DNA of 64,000 nucleotides, from positions 1,024,001 through 1,088,000 of the forward strand of contig CAWIAD010000002.1 in the NCBI GenBank assembly GCA_963833985.1, in the 5' to 3' direction. The translations under genes and the position numbers were made by a program. Positions within the stretch are counted from its first letter, which is position 1; the number at the start of each line of letters is the position of its first letter. Source of the stretch: an uncultured Planctomycetaceae bacterium (GTDB taxonomy: Bacteria; Planctomycetota; Planctomycetia; Isosphaerales; Isosphaeraceae). The notes under the pieces are model-generated. The model searched no databases. It saw only the letters and a program-made list of their open reading frames with translations, and was not told the origin of the DNA. Shown here one piece after another: positions 21,152 to 33,029 of the stretch.

Positions 21152-22402
21152 TCAGTACGGGGGGTGCGAGGCCGGGCCGTACCTCCTGTTCAGCAGCTCC
21201 TCGTAAAAATCGACCGTGCGGCGCGCGATGCTCGTCCAGGAGAAGAACTCCTCCACGCGCTTGCGGGACTGCACGCCCATGTCATGCAGCAGCTTGGGGT
21301 TCTCGAGAAGCTGGTTGACGCCGGCGGCCAGGTCGCTGGCGAACCGCTCCGGGTCGCGCGGTTCGAAGTCGATGTTGCTCACTGGCTGGAACGGCACGAG
21401 CACGCCGGTCTCTCCCGGGATCACGACCTCCCGGATCCCGCCCACTGCCGATGCGACCACCGGCGTGGCACACGCCATGGCTTCCAGGTTGATGATCCCG
21501 AACGGCTCGTAGACCGACGGGCACACAAAGACCTTGGCCTGGGAATAGAGCGGGATGATGTCTTCCCTGGGAACGATCTGGGCAATCCAGTTGATCGGGA
21601 CATGCGCCTCGCGCCTGGCCCGCTCGACGCGCGCTTCCATCTCGTGCCCGATCTCGGGCGTATCCGGGGCCCCGGCGCAGAGCACAACCTGCACACCGTC
21701 GTGAATGTATTTGAGAGCATTCACCAGGTGAATGATTCCCTTCTGCCGAGTGATCCGGCCAACGAAGAGGATGTACGGCTTGGCGGGGTCGATCTGGTAT
21801 TTCGCCAGCACCGCGAGGTCGGATGTCGGCCGGTACTGGTCCAGGTCGATGCCGTTATGGATGATCCGGATCTTCTCGTAGGGCACCCCATAGAGCGAGT
21901 GAACATCTTCACGCATCGCCGCGGAGACCGCGACGACGCCGTCGGCGTTCTCGTAGGCGGTCTTCTCAACCCACGAGCTGGCGTGATAGGCAGAGCCAAG
22001 CTGCTCGACCTTCCACGGGCGATGCGGCTCCAGCGAGTGCGTCGTGAGCACGAGCCGCGCGCCGGTGAGCTGCCGGATCAGGCAGCCGGCCAGGTGGCTG
22101 TACCAGGTGTGGCAGTGGATGATGTCGGCGTCGTGCACCATCCCGGTCATGACCAGGTCGCGCAGCATGGTCTCCAGAAACCGCTTGTGCCTGGGGTCCT
22201 GATACGGCAGATCGTACCTCGGCTCGATTCCCCGGACGGTCAAGTTCCGCTCGCGGATGTCCTGGTCGCCGAAGCAGATGACCGTGACCTCGTGAGCACC
22301 GTCATCAATACGGGTGAGCTCCCGCGTGAGGTATTCGACATGGACCCCGGCGCCTCCGTAAACGTGGGGCGGATACTCGTTGGTGAGGATGGCAATCCGC
22401 AT
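21152..22402 (-). CDS. glgA: Glycogen synthase, actinobacterial GT4 type (alpha-maltose-1-phosphate synthase GlgM-like)
   Basis: TNEYPPHVYGGAGVHV, HSLEPHRPWKVEQLG, YEPFGIINLEAMAC. Confidence 0.9.
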   Translation of the reverse strand: MRIAILTNEYPPHVYGGAGVHVEYLTRELTRIDDGAHEVTVICFGDQDIRERNLTVRGIEPRYDLPYQDPRHKRFLETMLRDLVMTGMVHDADIIHCHTWYSHLAGCLIRQLTGARLVLTTHSLEPHRPWKVEQLGSAYHASSWVEKTAYENADGVVAVSAAMREDVHSLYGVPYEKIRIIHNGIDLDQYRPTSDLAVLAKYQIDPAKPYILFVGRITRQKGIIHLVNALKYIHDGVQVVLCAGAPDTPEIGHEMEARVERARREAHVPINWIAQIVPREDIIPLYSQAKVFVCPSVYEPFGIINLEAMACATPVVASAVGGIREVVIPGETGVLVPFQPVSNIDFEPRDPERFASDLAAGVNQLLENPKLLHDMGVQSRKRVEEFFSWTSIARRTVDFYEELLNRRYGPASHPPY

Positions 22403-22689
22403 GCGCGAGCTCCTGCATCGGGCACGGTCCGGAGAGCGGGCGAACCGTTGGCCAGAGACCCGACATCGATCGCCCAGGGTCTCAAGACCTGGACAAGACT
22501 CACCTTGCAAGCTACGAGGCGCTCGGGGGGAAGTCAATGATTCGACGATGCACTCGCCTGGAAGCGTGATTCCGCTGTTTCCTTGCCCAGTAAGCCAGGA
22601 CCGGCAGCTGAACCGATGAGATCCGACCTCTGAAAAGTTCCCCGGGCAACCTGGATACGACGCAGCTCCAGGGGACGATGACCTGCGAC

Positions 22690-23286
22690 TCAGGCCGTGT
22701 GAGCGAAGCGCTCGTGGAGTATGAACGATGGCTGTTCGTCGCCTCCATCGGACGCCCGGATTGCTGCGAGATATTCCTCCCGAATCACGCTCTTCGATCC
22801 GATCGCCTCCTCGGGCCATTGAATGACCGCGTGCCCGTGCCGCTAGAGCCAGATGTTCGCGAGCATGCGGGCCCAGCGACCGTTGCCATTGAGAAACGGA
22901 TGAATCCCCACCGCCCGGTAATGCAGCCTCACAGACTGGTCCAGAAGGGTGTCCTCCCGCATTTCCCAGAAGACGAGATCTTCAAGAAGAGCCTGGAGTT
23001 GCATCGGAACCTGGTGCCAATCACAGCCGAGGTTCAGGTTTGCCTGCCGGAATTCACCGGCCCATTTACATACATTTCAAAACATTTGACAGTGCAGCCG
23101 CTTCGTCCACGTCAGATGAAAGGGCGCAGAGCGCTTGGAGGGCTTCGCCGACAGGTACTTCACCACGACCTTGCGAATGTTCTCGGCTTCTGCCTTGTTC
23201 AACTCCGCACGGGTGTGGATGTCTTTTCGCTTCAATCCAGATCGATCGATGGGGGTTTCACCGGGCTGAAGGATCCAGTCGCTCAC
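22690..23286 (-). pseudogene. Fic-domain 'mobile mystery protein B' pseudogene
   Basis: GETPID, ELNKAEAENI, WAGEFR and the Fic motif HPFLNGNGRWAR; in-frame TGA (23077-79) and TAG (22843-45). Confidence 0.85.
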
Positions 23287-23675
23287 TCGTCGCTCCAAAG
23301 CCTTCGCTTCGAGCCTGCAAGAAGCTCGTGCGTCGTTTGCTCAACCATCGACTCAAACTCTTCCTGTCAACTGCCTGACCTTCGAGCCCGGATGTCCCCT
23401 GGACCATTGCAACGAGCTTCTGTGCCTTCCGCCCGCACCGCCTGCTCGCGTTCCAGATCGCGGGGGTCGACCTTGGAATCAATACGGAGGCCCAGGCCCA
23501 GAGCATCTGCAATGGCCAGGACGCTTGAAAAACTCGCTGCGGCGTGGCGGCCAGACAGGATGCGCTGAACCGTCGGGCGAGAAACCCCACACCGCCTCGA
23601 GAGCATTGCATAGCTAGGTCCCAGGTCCCAGCGGCGTTTGTTCAGGTTCTTGAACAGTTGTGTGTCGCCTGGCAC
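23283..23675 (-). pseudogene. XRE/HTH 'mobile mystery protein A'-like gene, frameshifted
   Basis: HTH LSRRCGVSRPTVQRIL; continues in other frames as AQKLVAMVQGTSGLEGQAV and ELLAGSKRRLW. Its stop overlaps the Fic GTG start. Confidence 0.7.
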
Positions 23676-23710
23676 CTTTGCCCCCCGCCACGAATGCCGC
23701 GGACAAGACC

Positions 23711-23724
23711 GATACGATCGTATC
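23711..23724. promoter_or_regulatory. Perfect 14-bp palindrome, candidate autoregulatory operator
   Basis: GATACGATCGTATC just upstream of the HTH gene; extra half-site GATACGA near 23764. Confidence 0.5.
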
Positions 23725-23896
23725 ATTTGAGAGACGTTTCCAGAGTTTTCCTACATCATATACGATACGAAAGATGCCAGTACAGATCCATAACCCCTGT
23801 GGGGGAATCCACTTAACGTGTTCCAATCGAATCACGAAGTGCCGCCTGAGACCTGTTGTCCCTGCGGACGTTCCACATGGGAGGTAGGAAACTCGA

Positions 23897-25370
23897 TTAC
23901 GCTGCCGCGGCGTCCTCTTGCACGGCCGACAGCGGCTGCGCGATGTCTTCCAGCGAGCTGCGCTCTGCCTTGACGCCGAAGACTGCAACCACGCCGACAG
24001 TGGCGAGCAGCAGCACTGCGCCGAAGAGGTCGCCGTAGAACAGGTAGCGCGGCTGGCCCGAATCGACGATCGCCCCGAAGAGCCAGGGGGCCAGGGTACC
24101 GCCTATGAGCGTGCCGCAGGCGAAGAAGAGCGCGATCACCATGCCCCGCAGTTCCACCGGGAAGATCTCGCTGACGGTCAGGTAGGCGGAGCTAGCCGCC
24201 GAGGACGCAAAGAAGAAGATGGCCGCCCAGAGCACCGTCTGCGAGGTCGCCGTGAGCTGGCCCGCGGCAAAGAGGTAGCCGGTCAGGGACAGAAGCACGG
24301 CCGAGACGGTGTACGTTGATCCGATCATCGGCTTGCGGCCGACCGTGTCGAAGAAACGGCCCAGCAGCAGAGGGCCCATGAAGTTCGAGAGTGCGAAGGG
24401 GAGCAAGTACAGGCCGGCGCGGTCCGGGTGCACCCCGTAGAACTTGCGGAGTACCAGCGGAAACGTGAAGAAGACGCCGTTGTACAGGAACGCCTGCGAG
24501 ATGATGAGCGCCAGGCCCAGGATCGTCCGCCGCAGGTATTTCCGGACCATGACGCCGGCCAGCTCTCCAAACCCGATCGGATCGCGTGGGCGGATGGTGA
24601 TCCAGTGGTCGGCCTCCGGCAGTGCCCCTGCGCCGAGATCGTCCTCAATCTTCCGCTCCAGCTCCTCCACGATCCGTTCGGCCTCGTCGGGTTGTCCGTG
24701 GGTCAGAAGCCAGCGCGGGCTCTCGGGCACGTGCTTGCGCAGGACGATGATCACCAGCCCGAGCGCCGCGCCCAGGCCGAAGGCCAGCCGCCAACCCAGA
24801 TCGACGGGGAGCAGGCTGCGGTCCAGCAGCACCACGCTGGCCAGCGACCCGGCTGCCGAGCCCAGCCAGAAGGTGCCGTTGATTGCCAGGTCCGCCCAGC
24901 CGCGTACCCGCGCGGGTATCGAGCTCGTCGATCGCCGAGTTGATGGCCGAATATTCGCCGCCGATGGCCGCTCCCGTCAGGAAGCGGAAGCAGGCGAAAC
25001 TGAGGAAATCCCACGAGAGCGCGGTCAGGAAGGCGGCCACGAGGTACAGGCCCAGCGTGACGGTGAACAGCTTCTTGCGGCCCAGCCGGTCGGTGAGATA
25101 CCCGAACACGAGCGCTCCGAGAATGGCTCCACAGAGATAGGCCGTGCCCAGAAGGCCAATCTGCGTGCTGCTGAAGTGCAGGCTCTGGGGGTCCTCGATC
25201 ACCGTGCTGACTGCACCCATCATCGTGACCTCGAGGCCATCGATGATCCAGGTGATGCCCAGCGCCGTGATCACCAGCCAGTGCCAGCTCGACCATGGCA
25301 AGCGATCCAGGCGGGCCGGCACGTTGCTCCGGAAGCTCTGACCCGTCGCGTGATTGGTTACCGCCATCAT
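23897..25370 (-). CDS. MFS transporter (sugar/aromatic type); frameshift near 24920
   Basis: PARLDRLPWS, TDRLGRKK, GGEYSAINSAIDEL, PESPRWL, SEIFP. Confidence 0.88.
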
Positions 25371-26502
25371 TCCGTCCGCATACCCCCAGGAACCCCATGT
25401 CCGTATTGGAGTTCCGGTGCAAGCACGCCCCATGCCGCGCCCTGTTCCCCCGCGCAGAAGGACCAAGGCGCTTTCATTTTCAGGTTGGCAGGACCTGGTA
25501 TTCGCTGTCGCCCCTCCCTCGGTGGGCTCGCCGCCCGTGCGATCAATGCATCGGTTCTTTGTTCGATCGTTTGGGGCGATAGCGCCTCTGGTATTTCCAG
25601 GGCTTGCCTCAGGTCAGCCCGTTCCCGTCCAGCTTCAGGGGCCAAGACGGTACGAAAAGCCTTGGCAAGAAAACTGGGAAAATGTGTCCAGGATAATCAC
25701 AGAGCTTGTAGGAGGCGCCGGATCGTCGCGCGCGGCTCCCGGATTCAGTGCTGATATGGAAACTCAGATCCGAGCATGGCCTGGCAGTGGACGATTTCAG
25801 ATGAAGCTCTGACATCTCATATCCGGATCAGGCCGCATCGAGGTCAAATTCGTTGAAGATGCACATCATAAACGCAGCCGGATCAGCAACTTGGCGGCCG
25901 CCAGTCTCCTCTTCGGCGAGGGTTTCCAGAATCGCAAAAAAAATCAGGAGCCGGGTGCAAGGTTTCGAGCAGAGCAGCGTAGTTTGTCGTGGATTCAGCA
26001 ATTCTATGCTCGTCTTCGCTGGTACGCATCCAAGAGCCCCTCGCCATGACCGGGAAAGAATGCTGGTTTTATCTTTCTTCGTTCGAGTCACTGCTGGAGC
26101 CGAAGAGCCACAGTGCGTGGAAGGGATAGTGTTGTGGTTACTTGCTCACGGCCACGGACGGAAACGTCGCGTGGAGCAGACCGAGCGAACCATTCACGAT
26201 CAACTCGGCGGCGGTCTTTGAAAGATAAGCACGAGCCAATGCTCGCGGACCACGCTGGTCGAGTTCTTCCGCTACGACGTCGACAGGGTTCCTGGGGAAA
26301 TCGGCACATTTCCAAGAGTCGATCCTTCGACAGCTCTTTTGCTCGGCGGGAGCATGAATTCTTTAAGAGTGTTGCATTGAATTTGCGCGCTGGATCATGA
26401 AGTACCTTCATGGGAACCAGAGCTTGAGGGTATCCTGTTGTGCCAGTGCTTGACGCGGTTTCCTTTCGTGCCGAGTGTTCTTCTCTCGAGGGGAGATATC
26501 CG

Positions 26503-29058
26503 GTGATTGGCTTGGGCACGACGCTGGGCGAGCGATTCACCCTCGACGAGGAGCTCGGCCGGGGCGGAATGGGCACCGTCTACAGGGCGACCGATCGGTT
26601 GCTCGGAAGGAAGGTGGCCATCAAATTCCTCAAGGAATCTTGCGCCCGTGAGGACGCCGAGCAGATACGCCTCGAGGCCCAGATTCTCGCCCGGTTGGTT
26701 CACGACAGAATCGTGCGACTGTACGATTTCGGTGAGTCGGAGGGGACCTACTTCCTGGTCATGGAAGAGGTAGTCGGACCGAGCTTCGCGAATCGCTGGG
26801 CGGATCTTTCCCTCCCGGATCGGCTACGGATCTGTGGTCAGGTGGCCGAGGCGCTCCACTACGCACACCTTCAGGGGGTGATCCACCGCGACATCAAACC
26901 GAGCAACGTCTTGCTCACATCGGGCGACCAGGCAAAGCTCTCCGACTTCGGAATCTCTCTGCTCACCGGCGGCCCGGGGGACGAGAGAGGGACGATCCAG
27001 GGCACGCCTCTCTACATGAGCCCAGAGCAGGCGCAGGGCCTGCCGCTGGACCATCGCACCGACCTGTACTCCGTGGGAGTGATGGTCTACCAATGCGCGA
27101 CTGGCGAACTTCCGTTCGACGGTGATGCGCTGGCGGTAATCTCCCAGCACAAAAGCGCAGCACCCACTTGCCCGCGGCACAAGAACCCCGAGATCTGGCC
27201 GACGCTGGAGAACTTGATCCTCTCGCTCCTGCGGAAGCAACGAAGCCGAAGACCGGCCTCGGGAAACGTGGTGGCACTCGAGCTTTTCGACGAAGCCGAT
27301 CGCGCGCTGAGGCTACAGCGAATCAATCCGGGACTCAGACGGTCGGTCACTCCCGATCCGCTCTGCCCGCCGCCATCGAGCACGTCGCCTGTCGATAGCC
27401 CGATCACTGGGCATGATGGGGCGAGCAGGTCGGAGCGTAGCGACCCGGAATCCCTGATACGGTTATCGACTCCGCTTCCTCCGTCGTTGCTTCGCCGCAT
27501 CTGGGACGCCACGGGTTTTCCGTCGTCCCCCCATGAAGAGCACCCCAAGTCGTCGGAGAACGGCCGAAAAGCCGGATTGGGATGGCACAGCCACCCGATT
27601 GCCCGGGACATGCTTTCGAAGGTTCTCGGGACGCCGATCGTCGTCTCACCGGAAGAGCGTTATCTCTGCGGTCATTACCTCGCGTACCTCCTGGGGGGCT
27701 CGCACTGGCGGGGAATTCTTTCCCGGCGTCATCTCGACGCGAGGAACGCGGACCGTGCGCGGCTGCTGCTGGCGATGACCTGGCTGTTGAGCGTTGAGCC
27801 GACCCAGGACGAAATCTCGCGCGCTGGTGCATTGCTCGATGAACGCCCCGACGTTCGCGCCGTGCTGAGCCCCGTCGTGGTGATGAAGTACCTGGCCTGC
27901 CGAGATACGCTGGGCAAACGCAGGCGATTTCGCGAGATCCGTGCGCGGCTCAAGGAAGCGAGTTCTCACGCGCGGAAGGCGATGCTGAACGCCAAGGGCG
28001 AGCTGAATCCCGGCTTGATGCCCCGCACACTCAACGATCTCGCGCTGATCGCCCCACCTCGTGATGCGCTGGACGCACACCGAGTCTCCCTCTGGAACCG
28101 CGTCGCGGAAGTCTGGCATCGGGAGGACAGGTTCCGCCAAGCTGTCCTCCGCTACACCACGCGGTCGGACCAGCTCGATACGGTCAGCGCCGATCTTTGG
28201 CCAGAGGTTGTCTATCCATTGATCGAGCGTGCCCACTGGCAGCGCAGATTTCGGCCCCGGTTTGAAGCGCTCTGGGACTATGTTGCGGGCAAACTGCTGC
28301 ATGTCCCGGTACCGGGTGTCCGGCTTGACCAGATGCTGATCATTGCCATCCCGCTGGAGGTTGCCCGGCAACTGCACGAGGATCTGTCCGCGGTCGTCGA
28401 CGAACCTCTCTTCGACGACGGCCCCTCCGCGGTCGTGGAAGCTTTACGGCTTGCCGAGGAAGAGGCAAAACCTCCCGAGGGCCAGGTGAGCCAGGAGCGG
28501 CGACCGATTTACGTCGGCGGCGTGATCCCCCGAGAAAAGGAATTGCGTGACGACGACAACCCTCAGCCCAAGGAGCGGATCCCCCTCTGCACACCCGATC
28601 CTTTCTTGTTCACTCAGGACGCCCTGAGCAAACTGTGGCAAGAGGCGATGAACGCGCGAGACAACTCCACGGCCCCGCGCGTGCGACATCGGACGATCCC
28701 CGTTGGCCCGTACGAGCTGGCCATCGTACCTTCAGGACGTGGTTGGTCGGCCATTCGAGCGGGGTCGGCTATTCGAGCGGTCTTGCAGGGTATGCAGCAG
28801 CGGGGAAAGCAGATCGAGATGTTCACGCCTCCGGTTGTTGCAACGGAATGTGCCTCGCGACCCGTGATCGCCATCTGGATCTATCAGGACGGCAGCATGG
28901 CGATCATCTACGTCGACTTTCAGTACAGAGAACGGTACATCCTCTGGGACGCGCCGGATTCCCGCCAGTTCAACTACGGCTATGCCGAGGAGTTGAGACT
29001 CGCTCTATCGACCATGAACCTGGAGGTCTCCGGACAACTCAAGCAGATCCTCTCGTAG
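26503..29058 (+). CDS. Ser/Thr protein kinase with uncharacterised C-terminal region
   Basis: GRGGMG, VAIK, HRDIKPSN, DFG, GTPLYMSPE; GTG start after GGAG. Confidence 0.88.
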   Translation: MIGLGTTLGERFTLDEELGRGGMGTVYRATDRLLGRKVAIKFLKESCAREDAEQIRLEAQILARLVHDRIVRLYDFGESEGTYFLVMEEVVGPSFANRWADLSLPDRLRICGQVAEALHYAHLQGVIHRDIKPSNVLLTSGDQAKLSDFGISLLTGGPGDERGTIQGTPLYMSPEQAQGLPLDHRTDLYSVGVMVYQCATGELPFDGDALAVISQHKSAAPTCPRHKNPEIWPTLENLILSLLRKQRSRRPASGNVVALELFDEADRALRLQRINPGLRRSVTPDPLCPPPSSTSPVDSPITGHDGASRSERSDPESLIRLSTPLPPSLLRRIWDATGFPSSPHEEHPKSSENGRKAGLGWHSHPIARDMLSKVLGTPIVVSPEERYLCGHYLAYLLGGSHWRGILSRRHLDARNADRARLLLAMTWLLSVEPTQDEISRAGALLDERPDVRAVLSPVVVMKYLACRDTLGKRRRFREIRARLKEASSHARKAMLNAKGELNPGLMPRTLNDLALIAPPRDALDAHRVSLWNRVAEVWHREDRFRQAVLRYTTRSDQLDTVSADLWPEVVYPLIERAHWQRRFRPRFEALWDYVAGKLLHVPVPGVRLDQMLIIAIPLEVARQLHEDLSAVVDEPLFDDGPSAVVEALRLAEEEAKPPEGQVSQERRPIYVGGVIPREKELRDDDNPQPKERIPLCTPDPFLFTQDALSKLWQEAMNARDNSTAPRVRHRTIPVGPYELAIVPSGRGWSAIRAGSAIRAVLQGMQQRGKQIEMFTPPVVATECASRPVIAIWIYQDGSMAIIYVDFQYRERYILWDAPDSRQFNYGYAEELRLALSTMNLEVSGQLKQILS

Positions 29059-29116
29059 AGGCAACCGTAACGGCGTGCCGTCTGAAGGCGAGGCCCAGGC
29101 GAGGGTCGCAAAAAAC

Positions 29117-29432
29117 GCGTGGGTGTCCACGCCCGGGAAGCAGGACGCGCGAACAGGACCTGGCTCATCCTCAGCAGGTCGCGCACCCGTCGCATGCCGT
29201 CGGGGCCATATTTGGGGTACGGCGAAGTCAGCGCGATAGGTTCGCGCTGTCAGCCTGGCGGGACCGTGACCGCCCGAGCGCATGACGTCGATCGCCTCAT
29301 CGAAGGCCGCGACGATCTTCGCCCCTCCCGGTGAGAGGGACCGGTTCGGCCCGCCGACGCCTCACGCTGGACGCGTCCCTGAGGCGGTGAGTCCGACGAG
29401 CTGTTTTTTCGGTCCGGTGTATCCCGTCTCAC
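29117..29432 (-). pseudogene. XRE/HigA-like antitoxin remnant (frameshifted, truncated)
   Basis: AGGAGG RBS; fragments AKIVAAFDEAIDVMR, KYGPDGMRRVRDLLRMSQVLFAR, FPGVDT across frames. Confidence 0.55.
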
Positions 29433-29446
29433 GTCGGTTCCTCCTT

Positions 29447-29554
29447 TCAGCCACCACGCCACCCCCGCTCCAACAGCCCGAACCGTTCCCAGTCGCGGGT
29501 GAAAGCGGGAAAGCACACAAACCGCGGCAAGTCCTCGGGATTGAACGCCTCCAC
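29447..29554 (-). pseudogene. RelE/HigB-like toxin remnant (35 aa, internally deleted)
   Basis: MEAFNPEDLPRFVCFPAFTRDWERFGL resembles RelE/HigB N-termini; sits directly upstream of the antitoxin remnant. Confidence 0.45.
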
Positions 29555-29593
29555 GCAACTCTCTTTACCTGCGCGTCACAGACTGGTTCATGT

Positions 29594-29821
29594 TCATGAT
29601 GACTCTACCACAGAGTGGTAGAGAATGGTAGAGATGGCAACCGTTTCGTAGTGGTGCAAGGCCAGGCCAAGCTGCTTCATGTTGTTCGAGCACTGGATGC
29701 GGCGCGCGGACTCTCGAGCCGCTTGCACGGAGGGCAACAGCAGGGGAATCAGCAGGGCAACGATCGCAATCACCACCAGCAGCTCGATCAGCGTGAAACC
29801 ACGCCGGGCAATCCAGGACAA
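29594..29821 (-). pseudogene. Truncated DUF1559 prepilin-like gene
   Basis: [15 protein letters not shown]...[29 protein letters not shown] then stop; no H-X9-DG part. Confidence 0.8.
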
Positions 29822-30066
29822 GGCGCGCCACCTCTGGACGATGATGAATCTCTGACAGGTGTCATGGTTCCAGTGTCCCCGGTCCTGAATGCCGTGACAA
29901 CCGATGATTCTGGGATTTTCGCCTCGCGCGCTTAGTCAGCGGCCTGATCTCCGGGCACTGCCAGCAGCCTGGCTGCGAGGCATGGCCGGGCCCCTGGCTC
30001 CCCGCAGATTCTCTGCGTCCCTGTTCCCGTCACTCTTTGCCCCTGTTCCGGATACCCTGTTCCGGC

Positions 30067-33029
30067 TCACCGAGCGAACGGGTCGGCGGGGAATCCAAGA
30101 TCCATCATCAGGAGCTTGAAGTCGTCCCGGCCGCGCAACGAGTCAAGATCGTGGTCTCTGTTCATGAGATCGAGGTTGCGATAGCCGGCTGCGACGGCGC
30201 CACGAAGCAAGGTCATCGCCCGGTCGGCCTCCGCTTGCGCCTCCCTGGCGCTCATCTTCGAGCTAGGCATGGTGGCGACGCGGGCGAGCAGGGCGCACTT
30301 GCAGGCAAGGTTATAGCGATCCTGCGCGGTGAGCGCGGTGAGCCGCTGGAGAATCGCTTCGGACTCGCGAATGGCCGCGACCCCCTGAGCAAGCCCGCCT
30401 GACTCCAGCTGGATCCCTCCGATCGAGTTAAGGGTGAATGCCAGCCGGCTCTGGTACCGCATGACACCGGGATTGGCGTCGGCCAGCTTTCTGAGCGTGA
30501 CGGCCGCCTTCTCGAACTCCGCCAGCCCAGTCTGCGCCTGGCCGCTCTGGCGCAGCACCCAGCCGATCATGTTGCTGCACGTCGCAAGGTCAAACTGGAA
30601 TTCGGTGACATTGGGATTCTCGTCAACCAGCCGTTGCAGGACTGCCTGTCGCTCCCGGAAAATCTCCAGGGCGGCAGCGGACTCTCCGTTGGACTGGAGG
30701 GCATAACCGAGCATATCATAACACCACGATAGATCGGCCCGGAGCTCGATGAGTTCCGGGTGCTTGTCGGCGAGTTGACGCCGCAGCTCCACAGCTCTTT
30801 GCAGGAACCCCAGCCCTTCGGCCCTTTTCCCCGCGACGACACAGTGACCGCCCGCGACGGCCAGGGTGCGGGCCAGGTCAGCCTGGCGCTGGATGCTCTC
30901 GGGGTGAGCCTTGACGAGCCTTTCCTGGATGGTCAGCGCCTGGCCGAAGGAACCGATCGCCTCGTCCAGCTTGCCGACATCCCTGAGGACAATGCCAGTC
31001 CGAAGGTGGGTCTGGCCAAGCAGGACCTGGAGCTTGTCCTCGATTCGCGTCGCGAGCAGCTTCTCGAGCGTCCGCTGCGCTTCCACGAGCGACTTCAGGG
31101 CCTCGTCCGGATTGCCGCTATCCTGTTGCGTGGAGCTCACTGCCATGAGGCTGCGGGCCAGATCCGATTGCGGCGACAGCTCGGACTGCGGCCCCATCGC
31201 CAGATCTCGATAGACGGCCAGCGCCTTGAAGCGAAGGCCAAGTGCGTCCGAAATCGTGCCGGTCTTCTCGGTCAACTCGGCCAGCTCGTCGTAGGCGGTG
31301 GCCAGTGCCCGGCGTGAGAATGGATCGGTCTGTCCAGCCAGAAGCGCTTCCAGCTTGATGTAGAAATCGGCTGCGCCGCGGAGCAGCCTGGTACGCAGCG
31401 CCTTGAAAGGCTGCTCTTTGAGCAGGAAATCCCTGCTCGCCTCGCCGTGGAAGAGCCTGACGGCGTCCATGGCCAGGGCGAACCGCGCCCGCTCTCGTTC
31501 ATTGGCGGCAGCCAGGGCCCTGTGGAACGCTCCATCTCGACATTCGCCTTGGCCTGGACACCAAGGACGGCGGTCAGTCCCACGAACGCCATCAGACCTG
31601 CGGCGATGGCAGCCGTGACCGCCGTGCGATGTCGCCGCGCCCATCGCCGCGCTCGTCGAGCCCAGGGCTCGCGCCAGGCCGATACCGGCTCGTCGGCCAT
31701 CCAGTGTTCGATATCCTCCGCCAGCCCACGCACTGTGGCATAGCGGTCGCCGGCTTTCCGGGCCATGGCCCGCAGGCAGATCGCTCCGAGCGCTGGGTCG
31801 AGTGACGGATCAAGCCCTCGTGGGGCCGCGAAATCCCCCTTTTGCACCGCGGCAAGCACCGCGCCCGGGTCGTCGCCCTCAACCGGTGGCCGTCCGATGA
31901 GCAGGCAGTAGAGCGTGGCGCCCAGGCTGTAAACATCGCTGCGTGGCCCAAGGATTTCGAGGTCCCCCACGGCCTGTTCAGGGCTCATGTACGCCGGCGT
32001 GCCGAGGGTGCTTCCCGGCAGAGTCTCGGCGCTACCACTGGAGAGCGATGGGATCAATGTCCTCTCATCAGATCTTGGAGCCGACTCCCTTCGACCCACT
32101 GCCTTGGCGAGGCCCCAATCCACCACCAGCGTTTCGCCGTACTTGCCCAGGATCACATTGGACGGCTTGAGGTCACGGTGCAGGATGCCCCGGGTATGGG
32201 CATAGTCGATCGCGTCGCAGACGGCCAGGAACCGCCGCAGGAGCTTGAGCAAACTCAGGGCGCGCTGGCCGGGATTGGCCCGAAGGGCGTCCGCCGCATG
32301 ATGGGCGACGATTGCCTCCTTGAAACTCTCGCCACGGATGAACCGCATTGCGTAGTAAGGCCGGCCGTCCGGATAAGCGCCCAGGCCGTAGACGGGTACG
32401 ATCCCGGGATGTTCCAGCCTGCCGGTGATCTCGGCTTCCAGCAAGAAGCGGGAGCGGCTATCGGGATCGTCTGCCTGGTTTTCGAGGATCTGCTTGAGCG
32501 CGACCTCCCGTTGCAGCTCGGTATCCAGCGCCACGAGCACCTCACCCAGGCCGCCGCGGGCGTGAGGCCGCAAGATGCGAAACCGCTGGCCATCGCTCGT
32601 GGCTGCGCCCAGCGAAACACTCGCGGTGCGGTCGGGGTCGGGTTCGGGGCCGGGTTCGGGGCAGGGGTCGTTGTCACGGTCAGCCCTGGCGGCGGGGCTG
32701 TCGTCGCGCTGAGTCAGCCAGCCGAGCGACGTCTCGATCTCCTGCTCCTCCGGACAGGCCAGGACGGCACGTGTCGACCGACCGGCCCGAACGGCGGCTA
32801 GCCTCTGCTCGACGTCCCCATGCTTCCGGACATGCAAGGCGACGATCGCATCAATCCCTGCGCGGGCCTCGGCGTCGAGGTCGCCCCGGGTGACCAGTTC
32901 TTCGGCAAGGCTCCCGGCTTTGTTGAGGGTCCAGGCTTGAAACGCGGCGACGAGGGCGCCCTGGTCGATCAGCCCGTTCTGAAGCGCCAGCAATCCGAAC
33001 AGGAGATCGCGGTCGGCGGGGCCAGTCAT
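30067..33029 (-). CDS. Ser/Thr kinase with TM segment and TPR repeats; frameshift near 31520
   Basis: DRDLLFGLLALQNGLI, HARGGLG, HRDLKPSN, DWGLAK, GTPAYMSPE; TPRs ending YNLAC...DLDSLRGRDDF. Confidence 0.88.

Noticed and set aside
25400..26440. Lower-GC stretch with short ORFs (e.g. 25828-26091)
   Set aside because: No recognisable motif, RBS or RNA structure; may be a decayed gene but cannot be supported.
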